NCBI GenBank assembly: GCA_963834375.1
Contig: CAWIBM010000004.1
Span: forward strand, 277,150 to 341,149
Direction of reading: 5' to 3'
DNA: 64,000 nucleotides
DNA from: an uncultured Acidimicrobiia bacterium
Lineage (GTDB): Bacteria; Actinomycetota; Acidimicrobiia; Spongiisociales; UBA5794
How positions within the stretch are numbered: the stretch's first letter is position 1; each line of letters starts with the position of its first letter. Made by a program: the position numbers and the translations under genes. The notes beneath the pieces were generated by a model. That model was not told the DNA's origin. It saw only the letters and a list, made by a program, of their open reading frames with translations, and did not search any database. Below, piece by piece: positions 36,240 through 46,627 of the stretch.

Positions 36240-37659
36240 ATGGAACTGTCGACCGACCGGCTCGCCGATCTGTGCCGCCGGTTGGCGCCGGTCTACCCCA
36301 CCGACGGCACCAGAGCGGCCGCGGCGCAGCTCCTCGCCCTCGAAGACCCTGGTGATGCCCTCGGGCGGGCGGTGTGGTTCCTGACCTGGCAGCGCATACT
36401 CTGGCTGACGCTCGACCGCCTCGAGGAAGCCGGAGCCGACCTCGACGAGATCGCAGTGAGCGGAGACAGGGTGCGCCAGATCTTCGCCTCCCGGGTTCCA
36501 TTGTGGACGCACCCGCCGGATGACCGGACCACCTGCCTCGGCCTGCGCCGCACTCTCGCCCGCCACAAGGCGCTCCTCGCCGAGCCGGTCGAGGCGCTGA
36601 TGAGATCTGACCATGACGCCTTCATCGCCGTATCGGGCCGGGCTTTCGAGGCGGCATACCCGTCGTACGCCACTCGGTCCGAATTCGACACCGATCTCCT
36701 GGTCCCCAGGCTCGACGACGGGATCCGTCTCGCCCACCTCCTCCACGATGCCGGCTACGGGCTGCATCACGCCCGTGTTCTGGGGTTGGGTCCGAAGCCG
36801 GAGGCGATATTCCAGCATCGCCGAGCCGTGGGGAACCACCTCGTGGGGATCGAGGTGTTGGTCGGCGGGTACTACAGCCACCAAGGTGCGATCGCTGCTC
36901 GGTCACGGTTGGTTCCTTGGCGAGGCGGAATGTTGCGTGTGCCTGCGGCGGAGGACATGCTCGTGATGGCGGCCGCCCGAGTGGTCAGAAAGCGGCAATT
37001 CGACTTCGTCAACTACAACGACGTCGCCGTGATCCTGCACGAGGAAGGCGCCGGCCTCGACTGGGACCTGGTCACACGCATAGCCGGGGATGTCGGGGTC
37101 GGATCAGTCCTGGCGCGACTGCTCGAAGGGACCGCACACGGACCCGGACCTCGACCCTTCCCACCGGCGGTGCTCGGAGGAACTGGCCCGCCATCCTCTC
37201 GATCGCGCGATCAATCGGCTGACAGGCCGAGTCTCCGACCCGACCACCCGGTTCGTCAATTCGCCGAGCACCAGACGTGATCTGCGGACCGCCGTGTGGC
37301 GGGGGGCGTTGCGAGTCCGCCAGATCGGGGCAGGTGTCGAGCCGAGCCCACTGGCGAAGATCCGGCGGAGAGCAGAGCACAACCTCTATGCCATGCAACT
37401 CGGCCGCATGGCGAAGGCGGATGCGAAGCGTTCGGTGATCGGGCGCATCGGGCGGTGGCTCAGGCCCCGGTGCGGGGCCCTGTGTGAGGTCAATCCCGCC
37501 CTAGCCGGCGGCGAGCGGTGCCTCTCCAGTCTCGGCACGAGGCCATGGGATGACGCCGCCGGTCGACAACTGCGTCTCCTCGCCGCACAGGTGCCCACGA
37601 CGGCGGGCGCCCACCGCTGTGACGACTACCGGTTCGAGTTGCTCACCAGACGCCGGTGA
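36240..37659 (+). CDS. Nucleotidyltransferase (Pol-beta fold, NTP_transf_5-like) with Cys-rich C-terminus, frameshifted
   Basis: SGRAFEAAYPSYATRSEFDTDLLV, VPAAEDMLVM, YNDVAVIL..LDWD. Confidence 0.75.
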
Positions 37660-37696
37660 CCTGGGCACTCACCCGGTGACGATGTCGAACCGGCCC

Positions 37697-39170
37697 TCAG
37701 GGCGGAGGCGTGCCGGTGAGACCCTCGCCGGCGGCGGCGACCACCGTGACCTCGGCCGGACCGGCCGTCCACGTCGAGCCAGGACCCGTTGGGGATGAGC
37801 CGGGTCGCCTCCCGGAGCGCCACCACCGCCGGGATGCCGAACTCACGGGCGAGGACCGTGGCGTGCTGGAGAAGGCCACCCTCCTCGACGACGACGGCTG
37901 CGACTCGGGGCAGGACCGGCGCCAGGTAGGGATGGAGCACCGGGGCGACCAGGACCGATCCCGATGGCACCGACTCGGTGACGATGCCTCCCGGCGGTGA
38001 ACACCTCCGCCGGTGCGGTCACCCTTCCGGGCGAAGCACCGATGCCTTGCAGAGTCCATGCCGGCACCGGAGCCGGCGGTGATTGGCTGCTCGCGGGGAC
38101 CGATGGTTCGGGGGCCGGGTCGGCCGGTGGAAGATCTCCGCCAGCCTGCCGAGAGCCGATCCCGTTCGCCGCCATGTAGTCGGACTGCGCCAGATAGGCG
38201 GTCGAGCCTGTGGTCGACCTCGGTCGGCGTCGGGCACCGGTGGTGAACTCGCCGCCGTTCGACGAAGAGCAGACGCCACGGGGTCGACGCCTGCCGAATC
38301 ACCCAGGCCGTCAGGAGAGGCACGACCCCGTTGTAGAAGGCGTGCCGCAGGTACCAGATCTGCATGTCCATGAACTCCACCCACCGCACGGTCGACGTCT
38401 CGGAGGCCGGTGACCGCCGGCCCGTGTCGGTCGGCGAGAAGTCGACCGGCGGCCGGCGGGGCGCGAGACCGTCGGATCGGGCACGAATGCCGTCATCGCC
38501 CGAACAGTGTGAGCGGGGCTGTCGAAGCCGGGGGCCTCCCACGCCACCGGCCCGAATCCGGCGCGGTGCCGGCAGAAGCACCCACTGCGTCGACCAGCTC
38601 GGGTCCGCTCTCGGCCAGGTCTCGACGAGGAGCGCGAGCGGCTGGCCGCGGCCGGCGGACCAGGATGCGAGGCGACCCAGGTCTTCGGTCAGCACGCGCC
38701 GGGGCTGGGGTGATCGGGGAGGGGAGGGTCGGGGTCGCCCTGCTTGGCCATGGCGGCGAGCAGCAGATCGGGCACGATCTTGGTGAGTACCGGGTAGGGC
38801 ATCAGGTGGGCGACCGCTCGAGCAGGCTGGCGAGGCGGCCTGCCCAGACCCCGCATCCGCATCCGACAGGTCGATCGACCGGCGACCAGCGTCGAGGAGG
38901 CTCGGCACCGCTGTGTGCGGTTGCCCTCGAGGCGGCTGAGGAAGCGCAGGTCCGGACGGGTCGGGAACGCCTGGCGCATCACCGCGAGTCCCTCTGTGGC
39001 CACGTGCAGGTCGCCGTCGCCATCGAGACGGGCCGGAAAACGCCCGTCTGGGTAGGCGCCGGCCAGACCCGACCAACTCGGCGGCGGTCCATAGTTCGTC
39101 GAACACCGACTGCTGGAGGGGCAGATCCGACCAGGCGACGTCGCAGCAGGCTCGATGGGGGACCGCTCAG
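37697..39170 (-). CDS. Protein with C-terminal PEP-utilising phospho-His swivel domain and unknown N-terminal region, frameshifted
   Basis: LQGIGASPG, SVLVAP, EEGGLLQHATVLAREFGIPAVV, LDVDG. Start uncertain. Confidence 0.75.
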
Positions 39171-39622
39171 TCGACGCCCCCTCGATCGCCTGCGCGTTCG
39201 CGCATCTCCAGCTCGGCCAGGCGGGGAAATGCCCCCGCAGGGCGGTGATCCGCTCCTCGGGGCCGAGGGCGCTCATCCCGAGGCGGACCGGGTCCTGGGG
39301 GTCGAAGGCGACGAGATCGATGTCGACCGGATCGAAGGCCGCTTCGGGATGCTGGACGACGACGACGACCCTGGTGGCCCCCTCGGCGACGGCGGCGTCC
39401 GGCAGGGCGACCCGGTAGACCCCGGGACCAACGCGGGATCGACCTCCGGACCAGCGGTCCCGGCATCGAGCGACGTGGCGGAACTGTCGACGTCGCGGAT
39501 GTAGCCGACCGTGGCCGCCCCGGATCGAGACCGGTCGCTCCGGCCCGGTTGCATCGCGGGCGTACATCGAGCAGGGACACGACCGATGGAGCCACGCCGG
39601 ACGTGTAGGCGTGGAAGGGCAT
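39167..39622 (-). CDS. Hypothetical protein, paralog of 39622-40115, frameshifted
   Basis: YARDA, EVDPALVPGVYRVALPD, DLVAFDPQD..GMSALG. TGATG overlap with the upstream gene. Confidence 0.7.
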   Translation of the reverse strand: MPFHAYTSGVAPSVVSLLDVRPRCNRAGATGLDPGRPRSATSATSTVPPRRSMPGPLVRRSIPRWSRGLPGRPAGRRRRRGGHQGRRRRPASRSGLRSGRHRSRRLRPPGPGPPRDERPRPRGADHRPAGAFPRLAELEMRERAGDRGGVD

Positions 39623-40115
39623 CAGCCGGATCCCCCCGCCGAGTCGATGAAGTCGGAGAGGCGCTTCTCGCCGTCCAGCCCTGCTTCGTACTCCATCTCC
39701 GTGAACCGGGGCAGCGCTCGACGGAGGAACTCGTGCCGCTTCCGATCCCCGAGCTGTGTCATACCGATGCACGAGGCGTCGAGCGGGTCGTACGCCACGA
39801 GTTCGAACTCGATCGGGTCGACCCTGGCGCCGTCGAAGCGGAGAACGAGGAGGGCGTGGGGCGAGCCGGAGGCGAAGAGCTCGTCGGGGAGCCCGACCCG
39901 GTACAAGCCAGGGGCCAGATCGCTATCGACCTCTTCGAAGGCGCCCGGCGGCAGGCTGATCGCCACCGCCCCTCGCCCTCCCGGACATAGGCGGCGGCGG
40001 CGCCGGGCGACTCGGCGGTGAGCCCGGCGACAGCGCGGCCGGCGTCGCGCGCGAAGATGAGAACGCTCCTCCCCGTGGCTCCCCACCGGACCGTGTGCGA
40101 CATGTGAACCGGCAT
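39622..40115 (-). CDS. Hypothetical protein, paralog of 39167-39622, frameshifted
   Basis: GAGGAGG RBS. FARDA, EVDSDLAPGLYRVGLPD, ELVAYDPLD..GMTQLG. Confidence 0.75.
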
Positions 40116-40227
40116 TGCACCCCTCCTCCTCACCGGGATGTCACCATCCCGCCGTCACCCGCCCGACACCGCTTCGTTGGCCGGCGATAGTGTACCGGCC
40201 AGGTAGCCGCCAACCCGGGGGATCCCC

Positions 40228-41628
40228 ATGGATCCAAGCGTCAGGAGGCTCGCCGGCATCCTGCGTCGATTGTCGGCGGTGTACCCGTCCGAGCGGACCA
40301 AGACGGCGGCCGCCGAGTTCCTCGCGGTCGACGACCTGGGAACGCGCTGGGTCGCGCCCTGCGTTTCCTGGTCTGGCAGCGCACCATGGCAGTGGCTCTC
40401 GGCCACTTGGAGGCTGCCGGTGTGGACCTCGACGCCATCCTGGTGCCCGCAGGCCGTGTCAATGGGGTCTTCCCCGCACCCAGGTGTGGACCGTCTCTGA
40501 GACCGGCCCGGTCAGTGCCCGGCGCCTGCTCGACGTGGCGGCGCGTCACAAGGAGCTGCTGGCCGAACCGTGGCGACGCTGCTGACGGCAGGAGTCGGTG
40601 GGTTCGTGGTCCTTTCCGGTCGGGGCTTCCAGGTGGCCTACCCGGCGTACACGACCCGGACCGAGTTCGACACGGACCTGTTACCCAAGACCTGCCGCCG
40701 GGGCGGCGGTGGCGTCGGCGCTCCACGAGGCCGGCTACCAATTCGGCTACCGCGCATTTCCCGGCTCGGACCGGCACCGCAGGCGTCCTTCTCCAGTGGC
40801 CGCCAGGTCGGGGAGCACCACGTATCGGTCGGCGTCCTCGTCGGTGGCTACCACGGCCACCGAGGACCGATCGTGTCGAGATCCCGCTCGCTCCCCTGGC
40901 GGGGCGGCACCGTCCAGGTGCCGGCGGCCGAGGACATGTTGGTGATGCTCGCGGCCCGTGTGGTCCGCAAGCGTCAATTCGCCTTCGTCAACTACAACGA
41001 TGCCGCCGTGATCCTCCCGAGGAGCCCGGCCTCGACTGGGATCTGGTGACCACTCGGCCAGGGCCGGAGGCCTGCAGTCGGTGCTGAGCGTCGTGCTCGA
41101 CAGAGCGGAGGAGATCGTCGGTCGGCCCGTCGTACCGCCGTCGCCTGGGACGACCTCGACCGGAGACGTACCGACCGTGCGGCCCACGTATTGACCCGTG
41201 CGGTTTCCGACCCGTCGGAGAGGCTCTCGGCTGAAGACAGCAGGATCGCGCAGGTGGCGGTGAGGATGCGCCGAAGGCTCTGGACGGGCCCGCCGCGTGC
41301 GCCTGGTCCGTGCCGGGGTGGCGCCCGGGAGGTGGAAGTCGGTGCGCCGGCGGTTGGAGCTCGCCCTCTACCGCCGGCAGCGGGGCCGGCGACCGATCCG
41401 GCGTGTCTGTTCCGTCGTCGACCGGGCGGCACGTTGGCTCCGCCCGCACTGCGGCTCGCTCTGCGAGGTCGTGCCCGGCCTGGCGGCAACCGGTCCTGTC
41501 TGGCCCTCCTCGGGGCCCGGCCCTGGCGCGATGCCACCGGTGACGAGCTGCGCCGGGTCGGCGCTTTCCTGACTGCGGAGAGCGCCGTTCACAACTGCGA
41601 CCGCTACCGGTTCGAGTTGGTCGGGTAG
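40228..41628 (+). CDS. Second nucleotidyltransferase paralog with Cys-rich C-terminus, frameshifted
   Basis: SGRGFQVAYPAYTTRTEFDTDLL, VPAAEDMLVMLAARVVRKRQFAFVNYND, PHCGSLCEV, HNCDRYRFEL. Confidence 0.75.
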
Positions 41629-41650
41629 GGCAGCGCCCGACGGCACACCG

Positions 41651-42110
41651 TCAGCGAGGGGGCGGCAGCAGCTCCAGCGGGGCGGTCCAGCGCCCGCCGG
41701 CCCGCTCGGCCAGTTGGGCGAAGTCGACGTTCTCGAGGATGGAGATCGTCGCCTCCCTGACCTCCTGCCAGACCTCCTTGAGCGAGCAGGCGACGTCCAT
41801 CGGGCACGGCTCCGGTGAGTGACGGGTGGCGCAGGCGATGGGGGCGAGCTGGCCCTGGAACACCCTGACCACCCGGTCGAGCGAGATCTCGGCCGCTTGG
41901 TGGTTGAGCCGGTAGCCGCCGGCGGGGCCGCGGACCGACCGGACGATGCCTGCCCCGCGGAGCTGGCTCATGATCTGCTCGAGGAAGGGCGCCGGCACCG
42001 CGGTCCGCTCCGCCAGCTCTGCGAGCTTCAGCGATGAACCGCTCGCTCTCGGCGATCGCCAGGGCGAGCACGGCCCGGGTGGCGTAGTCGGTTTTCCTGG
42101 TGATCCACAT
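41651..42110 (-). CDS. Rrf2 family regulator with three C-terminal Cys, frameshifted
   Basis: TDYATRAVLAL, FLEQI..VRSVRGPAGGYRL, IACATRHSPEPCPMDVAC. Confidence 0.9.
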
Positions 42111-42233
42111 GGCGTCTCCGGGATCCCCTCGTCCTCATCCGATTGTCGACCTCAACAGTAGGCAACGATCGGTCCGGTGTCGGTGGTTTGACACGCGCAC
42201 CGACCCGTGTAGAGTACCGGCTCGTTATCGAGT

Positions 42234-42256
42234 ATGTCGACTTTACAAGTCAACAT
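42234..42256. promoter_or_regulatory. Putative Rrf2 operator (inverted repeat)
   Basis: ATGTCGACT-TTACA-AGTCAACAT in an AT-rich divergent intergenic region, with a related site at about 42143-42165. Confidence 0.6.
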
Positions 42257-42289
42257 TATCAGATAAATCAGTAACTCAGTAGGGGGTAA

Positions 42290-43366
42290 GTGATGAAGAC
42301 TTTCATCAGGACCAGGACGGTGGTGCTGGCGGCAGTGGTTCTGCTCGCCGGCGCATGTGGCGGTGACGACGACGCCGGGGATTCCGGCGGGGCCGGCGGG
42401 GCCGGCGGTACGGCAGGGGGATCGGCGGGCGAGGTGGTCAACCTCGGGTACTTCGCCAACGTCACCCACGCTCCCGCCATCGTCGGGGTGGCCGACGGGC
42501 TGTTCCAGGAGGAGCTCGGCGACACCGAGCTGCGCACGGTGACCTTCAATGCCGGGACCGATGCGATCGAGGCGCTGTTCAGCGGGGCCATCGACATGAC
42601 CTTCATCGGTCCCAACCCGGCGATCAACGGGTTCGCCCAATCCGACGGTGAAGCGGTGCGGATCATCGCCGGCACCACGTCGGGCGGGGCGTCGCTGGTG
42701 GTCAGTGACGAGATCCAGGCGCCCGAGGACCTGGCCGGCAAGACCCTGGCCACCCCGTCGCTGGGCAACACGCAGGATGTGGCTGCCCGCGCCTGGCTGG
42801 CCGACAACGGGTTCGAGGTCACCCTCGAGGGCGGCGGCGACGTCAACGTGGCGCCCCAGGACAACTCGGAGACGTTGACCGCCTTCCAGGAGGGTCGGGT
42901 CGACGCCGCCTGGGTGCCCGAGCCGTGGGCGACCCGCCTCGTGCTCGAGGGTGGAGGACCGGTGCTGGTCGACGAGGCCGAGCTGTGGCCCGACGGCCAG
43001 TTCGTCACCACCCACCTGATCGTGGCGACCGAGTTCCTCGAGGAGCACCCCGACGTCGTCGATGCCGTGCTCCGTGGGCTGGTCCAGGCCATCGAGCAGG
43101 TGAACGAGGACCCCGAGGGCGCCCAGGCGACGGTGAGCGCCGGCATCGAGGAGATCACCGGCAGCCCCATCGCCCCGGAGACCATGGCGGGAGCGTGGGA
43201 GAACCTCGAGTTCACCCTCGACCCGATCGCCTCGTCGCTCCAGGTGTCGGCGGACAACGCCGAGGCGGTCGGGCTGCTCGACCCGGTCGACCTGGAGGGG
43301 ATCTACGCCCTCGACCCGCTCAACGCCATCCTGACCGAGTTGGGCCTGCCCGAGGTCAGTTCGTGA
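42290..43366 (+). CDS. Sulfonate/nitrate-type ABC substrate-binding lipoprotein (SsuA-like)
   Basis: LAGAC lipobox, GYFANVTHAPA, IGPNPAIN, TPSLGNTQD, WVPEPW. Confidence 0.9.
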   Translation: MMKTFIRTRTVVLAAVVLLAGACGGDDDAGDSGGAGGAGGTAGGSAGEVVNLGYFANVTHAPAIVGVADGLFQEELGDTELRTVTFNAGTDAIEALFSGAIDMTFIGPNPAINGFAQSDGEAVRIIAGTTSGGASLVVSDEIQAPEDLAGKTLATPSLGNTQDVAARAWLADNGFEVTLEGGGDVNVAPQDNSETLTAFQEGRVDAAWVPEPWATRLVLEGGGPVLVDEAELWPDGQFVTTHLIVATEFLEEHPDVVDAVLRGLVQAIEQVNEDPEGAQATVSAGIEEITGSPIAPETMAGAWENLEFTLDPIASSLQVSADNAEAVGLLDPVDLEGIYALDPLNAILTELGLPEVSS

Positions 43367-44166
43367 TCGTCGAGCACAGGTCGGTCGACCACCAGCCGAT
43401 GGCGCCCATCGGGGCGCCATCGGCTGCGGCCGTCTCGATCAGTCACGTCTCCAAGACGTACCACGACGGTCGATCGTCGCTGCAGGCGCTCGACGACGTC
43501 TCCCTCGAGATCGCCGAGGGCGAGTTCGTCTGCCTGCTCGGCGCCTCGGGATGCGGCAAGAGCACGCTGCTCAGCCTGGTGTCCGGTCTGTACTCGACCA
43601 CCGAGGGCACGATCGACACCGGAGATCGGCGTGTCGGGCTCGTGTTCCAGGAGTCGGCGCTGTTCCCGTGGCTCACCGTCGCCGGCAACGTCGACGCCGC
43701 CATGAAGTTCCGGGGCGTGCCCAAGCAGCGCCGCAAGGAGCGGGTGGACGAGCTGCTCAGGCTGGTCCATCTCGACGAATTCGCCGACAAGCGGCCCCAC
43801 CAGCTCTCCGGCGGGATGCGGCAGCGGACCTCGATCGCCCGGGCTCTCGCCCAGGACGCCGAGGTGATGCTCATGGACGAGCCGTTCGGGGCGCTCGACG
43901 CCATGACCCGGGGGATCCTGCATGACGAGCTCGAGCGCATCTGGAAAGCTCGTCGGATTGACCGTGCTGTTCGTCACCCACGACGTCCGGGAGGCGGTGC
44001 GGCTCGGTGACCGGGTCGTGCTGCTGTCGAGCCGCCCGGGCGGGTGATCGAGACCTACGACGTCGGGCTTCCCCGCCCACGGGAGCTGGAGTCCGCCGCC
44101 GTCGGCGGGTTGGCCGCCGAGATAACCGCACGGCTCCGGGGAGAGGTGCGCCGCCATGCTCACTGA
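43363..44166 (+). CDS. SsuB/TauB-like ABC ATP-binding protein, frameshifted
   Basis: GASGCGKST, LSGGMRQR, MDEPFGALD. Confidence 0.9.
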
Positions 44167-45024
44167 GGCGAGCACGCTGGACGAGGAGATCGTCGGTCTC
44201 GACCACCTCGAGGTCCCGCATGCGGGAGCGGGCGCGGTGGACGGCCCGGGCCTGGGACGTCGCCTGGCCCAAGCTGGCCGCCATCGCCATCGTCCTGATC
44301 GGCTGGCAGCTGATCGTGTTGTCGGGCTGGAAGCCGACCTACGTGCTGCCGCCGCCGGCCGAGGTGTTCCAGCACACTGGGCGAGAGCATCCGGACCGCC
44401 GTCGTTCTGGCAGGCGGTGGGCATCACCATGCAGCGGGCCGCCATCGGCTTCGCCGCCGCCACTCTGGTGGGAACCGTGGTGGGGCTGGCGGTGGCGCAG
44501 AGCTCGGTGCTGCGCCGGGCGGTCGGGTCGCTGATCACCGGGCTGCAGAGCATGCCCTCGATCGTGTGGTTCCCGTTCGCCATCCTGCTGTTCCAGATCT
44601 CGGAGACGGCGATCTTCTTCGTGGTGGTGCTCGGGGCCGCCCCGGCCATCGCCAACGGGCTGATCTCCGGGCATCGACCACATCGAGCCGATCCTGCTTG
44701 CGCGCCGGAAAGGTGCTCGGGGCCAGGGGCCCGATGTCGTGGTTGCACGTGGTGCTTCCCGCCGCCCTCCCCGGCTACGTGGCCGGGCTCAAGCAGGGAT
44801 GGGCGTTCGCCTGGCGGTCGCTGATGGCCGGCGAGCTGCTGGTCATCATCGCTGCCCAGCCCTCGATCGGGGTCCGGCTCACCTTCGCCCGTGAGCTGGC
44901 CGACGCCGCCGCGCTGCAGGCGATGATGATCGTGGTGCTGGTGATCGGGATCATCGTCGACGGTGTCTTCTTCGGCACCGTCGAGCGCCGCGTGCGCCGG
45001 AACCGTGGGTCTGCTGTCCCCTGA
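44156..45024 (+). CDS. SsuC/TauC-like ABC permease, frameshifted
   Basis: LQSMPSIVWFP and WAFAWRSLMAGEL. Confidence 0.9.
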
Positions 45025-45147
45025 GCGTGCAGGGATCGTGAGGACCCGCCCGGCTCGTCCCCGAAGATGATGACGTCCTCCGGGTCACTCCCCTAAGGTC
45101 CGGGCCACGCCGGAACGAGACTCCCCTGATCGGCGCCGAGGATTGCC

Positions 45148-46627
45148 ATGACCGAACCCATGGGCGAGCCGCCCGAAGCGGGCGCCGAGCCCGACGACCG
45201 GCCGGACGGAGTCCCGGCCGGTGACGCGACCCCGCAAGGCGAGGCCCGACCGGCGCGGCCGCGTCCGAGGATGGCTGTCGCTGGTGCTGGTCGTGCTCGC
45301 CTCGATCGTCGTCCTGGCCGCCGTCGTCACCGTCTGGGCCCACGAGAGGGTGTTCAACACCGACAAGTTCATGGCCACGGTGGAGCCGACCCTCGAGGAC
45401 CCGGCCTTCTACGCGTCGATGAGCGGGTACGTCACCGACCAGACGCTCGAGGCCCTCGACATCGAGACGCGGGTCACCGATGCCCTCGACCGTCTCGACA
45501 CCTACCTGAGCGAGGCGATCGTGGAGGCGATCAACCCCGACCCGCAGATCCTCGAGCTGCTCTCCCGGTTCGACCGGCCGTCGCTCACCGCGCTCGCCCC
45601 GTCGATCAGCGCCGCCCTGGAGACGCGCGTGGCCGACAGGATCGACAGCTTCGTCACCTCGGAAGAGTTCAGGACTGCCGTGGTTGAGCTGGTACGGCGC
45701 GGTCACCAGGCGGCCGTCGCCCTGGTGCGCGACGACCTCGCCGAGCTCCCCAACGTCACCATCGAGGATGGGGAGGTGAGGCTCAACCTGATCCCTCTCA
45801 TCACGGCGACGCTGCAGCGGGTCTTCGACGAGATCAGGGACTTCCTCCCCGACGTCACCCTCCCCGGCGTCGTCTCCGACCGGGCGGCCGAGGCACGCGA
45901 GCAGCTCGCCGCCGCCCTCCGTGCCGAGCTCCCCGAGGACTTCGGCCAGCTGACCGTGATGTCCGAGGAGGACCTCTCCGCCGCCCAGGAGGCGGCCGGC
46001 CGATTCGACCGGCTCGTCTGGCTGGTCGCCATCCTGGCGATCGTCCTCATCGCAGCTGCGATCGCCGTCGCCCGGAACCGTCGGCGGGCGGTGGTGCAGG
46101 TCGCCATCGGAGTGATCGTGGCAGTGGTCCTCGGCGTGGCTGCGGTTCGCCGGCTCGAAGCGGCGATCATCGACAGCATCCAGAATCCGGACGGGGCCGC
46201 CACCGCGGCCGCCCTGATCGGCGACGTCATCGGCGACCTCCGCCGGGTTGTCTGGGTGATCGTCGTGGTCGCCGTGGTCGTCGCCATCGCCGCCTACCTG
46301 GCCGGACGGCCTGCGTGGCTGGAACGACTGAGGGAGCAGCGCGCCGCTCGGGAGACCGCCGGAGGGTCGGGGGCGAGTGACCTCGACCGCTGGATCGCCC
46401 CCAAGTTCGACGGGCTCCGCATCGCCGGCATCGCCCTCGCCGTCGTCATCCTCTACTTCATCGGGATCGGGGTCGTCTCTGTCCTCGTCGTCGGTGGTCT
46501 GCTCGCCCTCTATCTCTGGGCGATCTCTGCGGCGCGCAACCGAGCCGCGGTCACCCCACCCGAAGGAGCCGGTGCCGACGCGCCCGTCACGGTCCCGGCC
46601 GGCCCCGACACCGGGATCGGTCCATGA
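45148..46627 (+). CDS. Hypothetical integral membrane protein
   Basis: Long ORF with N-terminal TM helix, helical extracytoplasmic domain and several C-terminal TM helices. Confidence 0.75.

Noticed and set aside
33118-41650. Lasso peptide or other RiPP cluster
   Set aside because: No cyclase, peptidase, RRE or plausible precursor ORF found in the short intergenic gaps.
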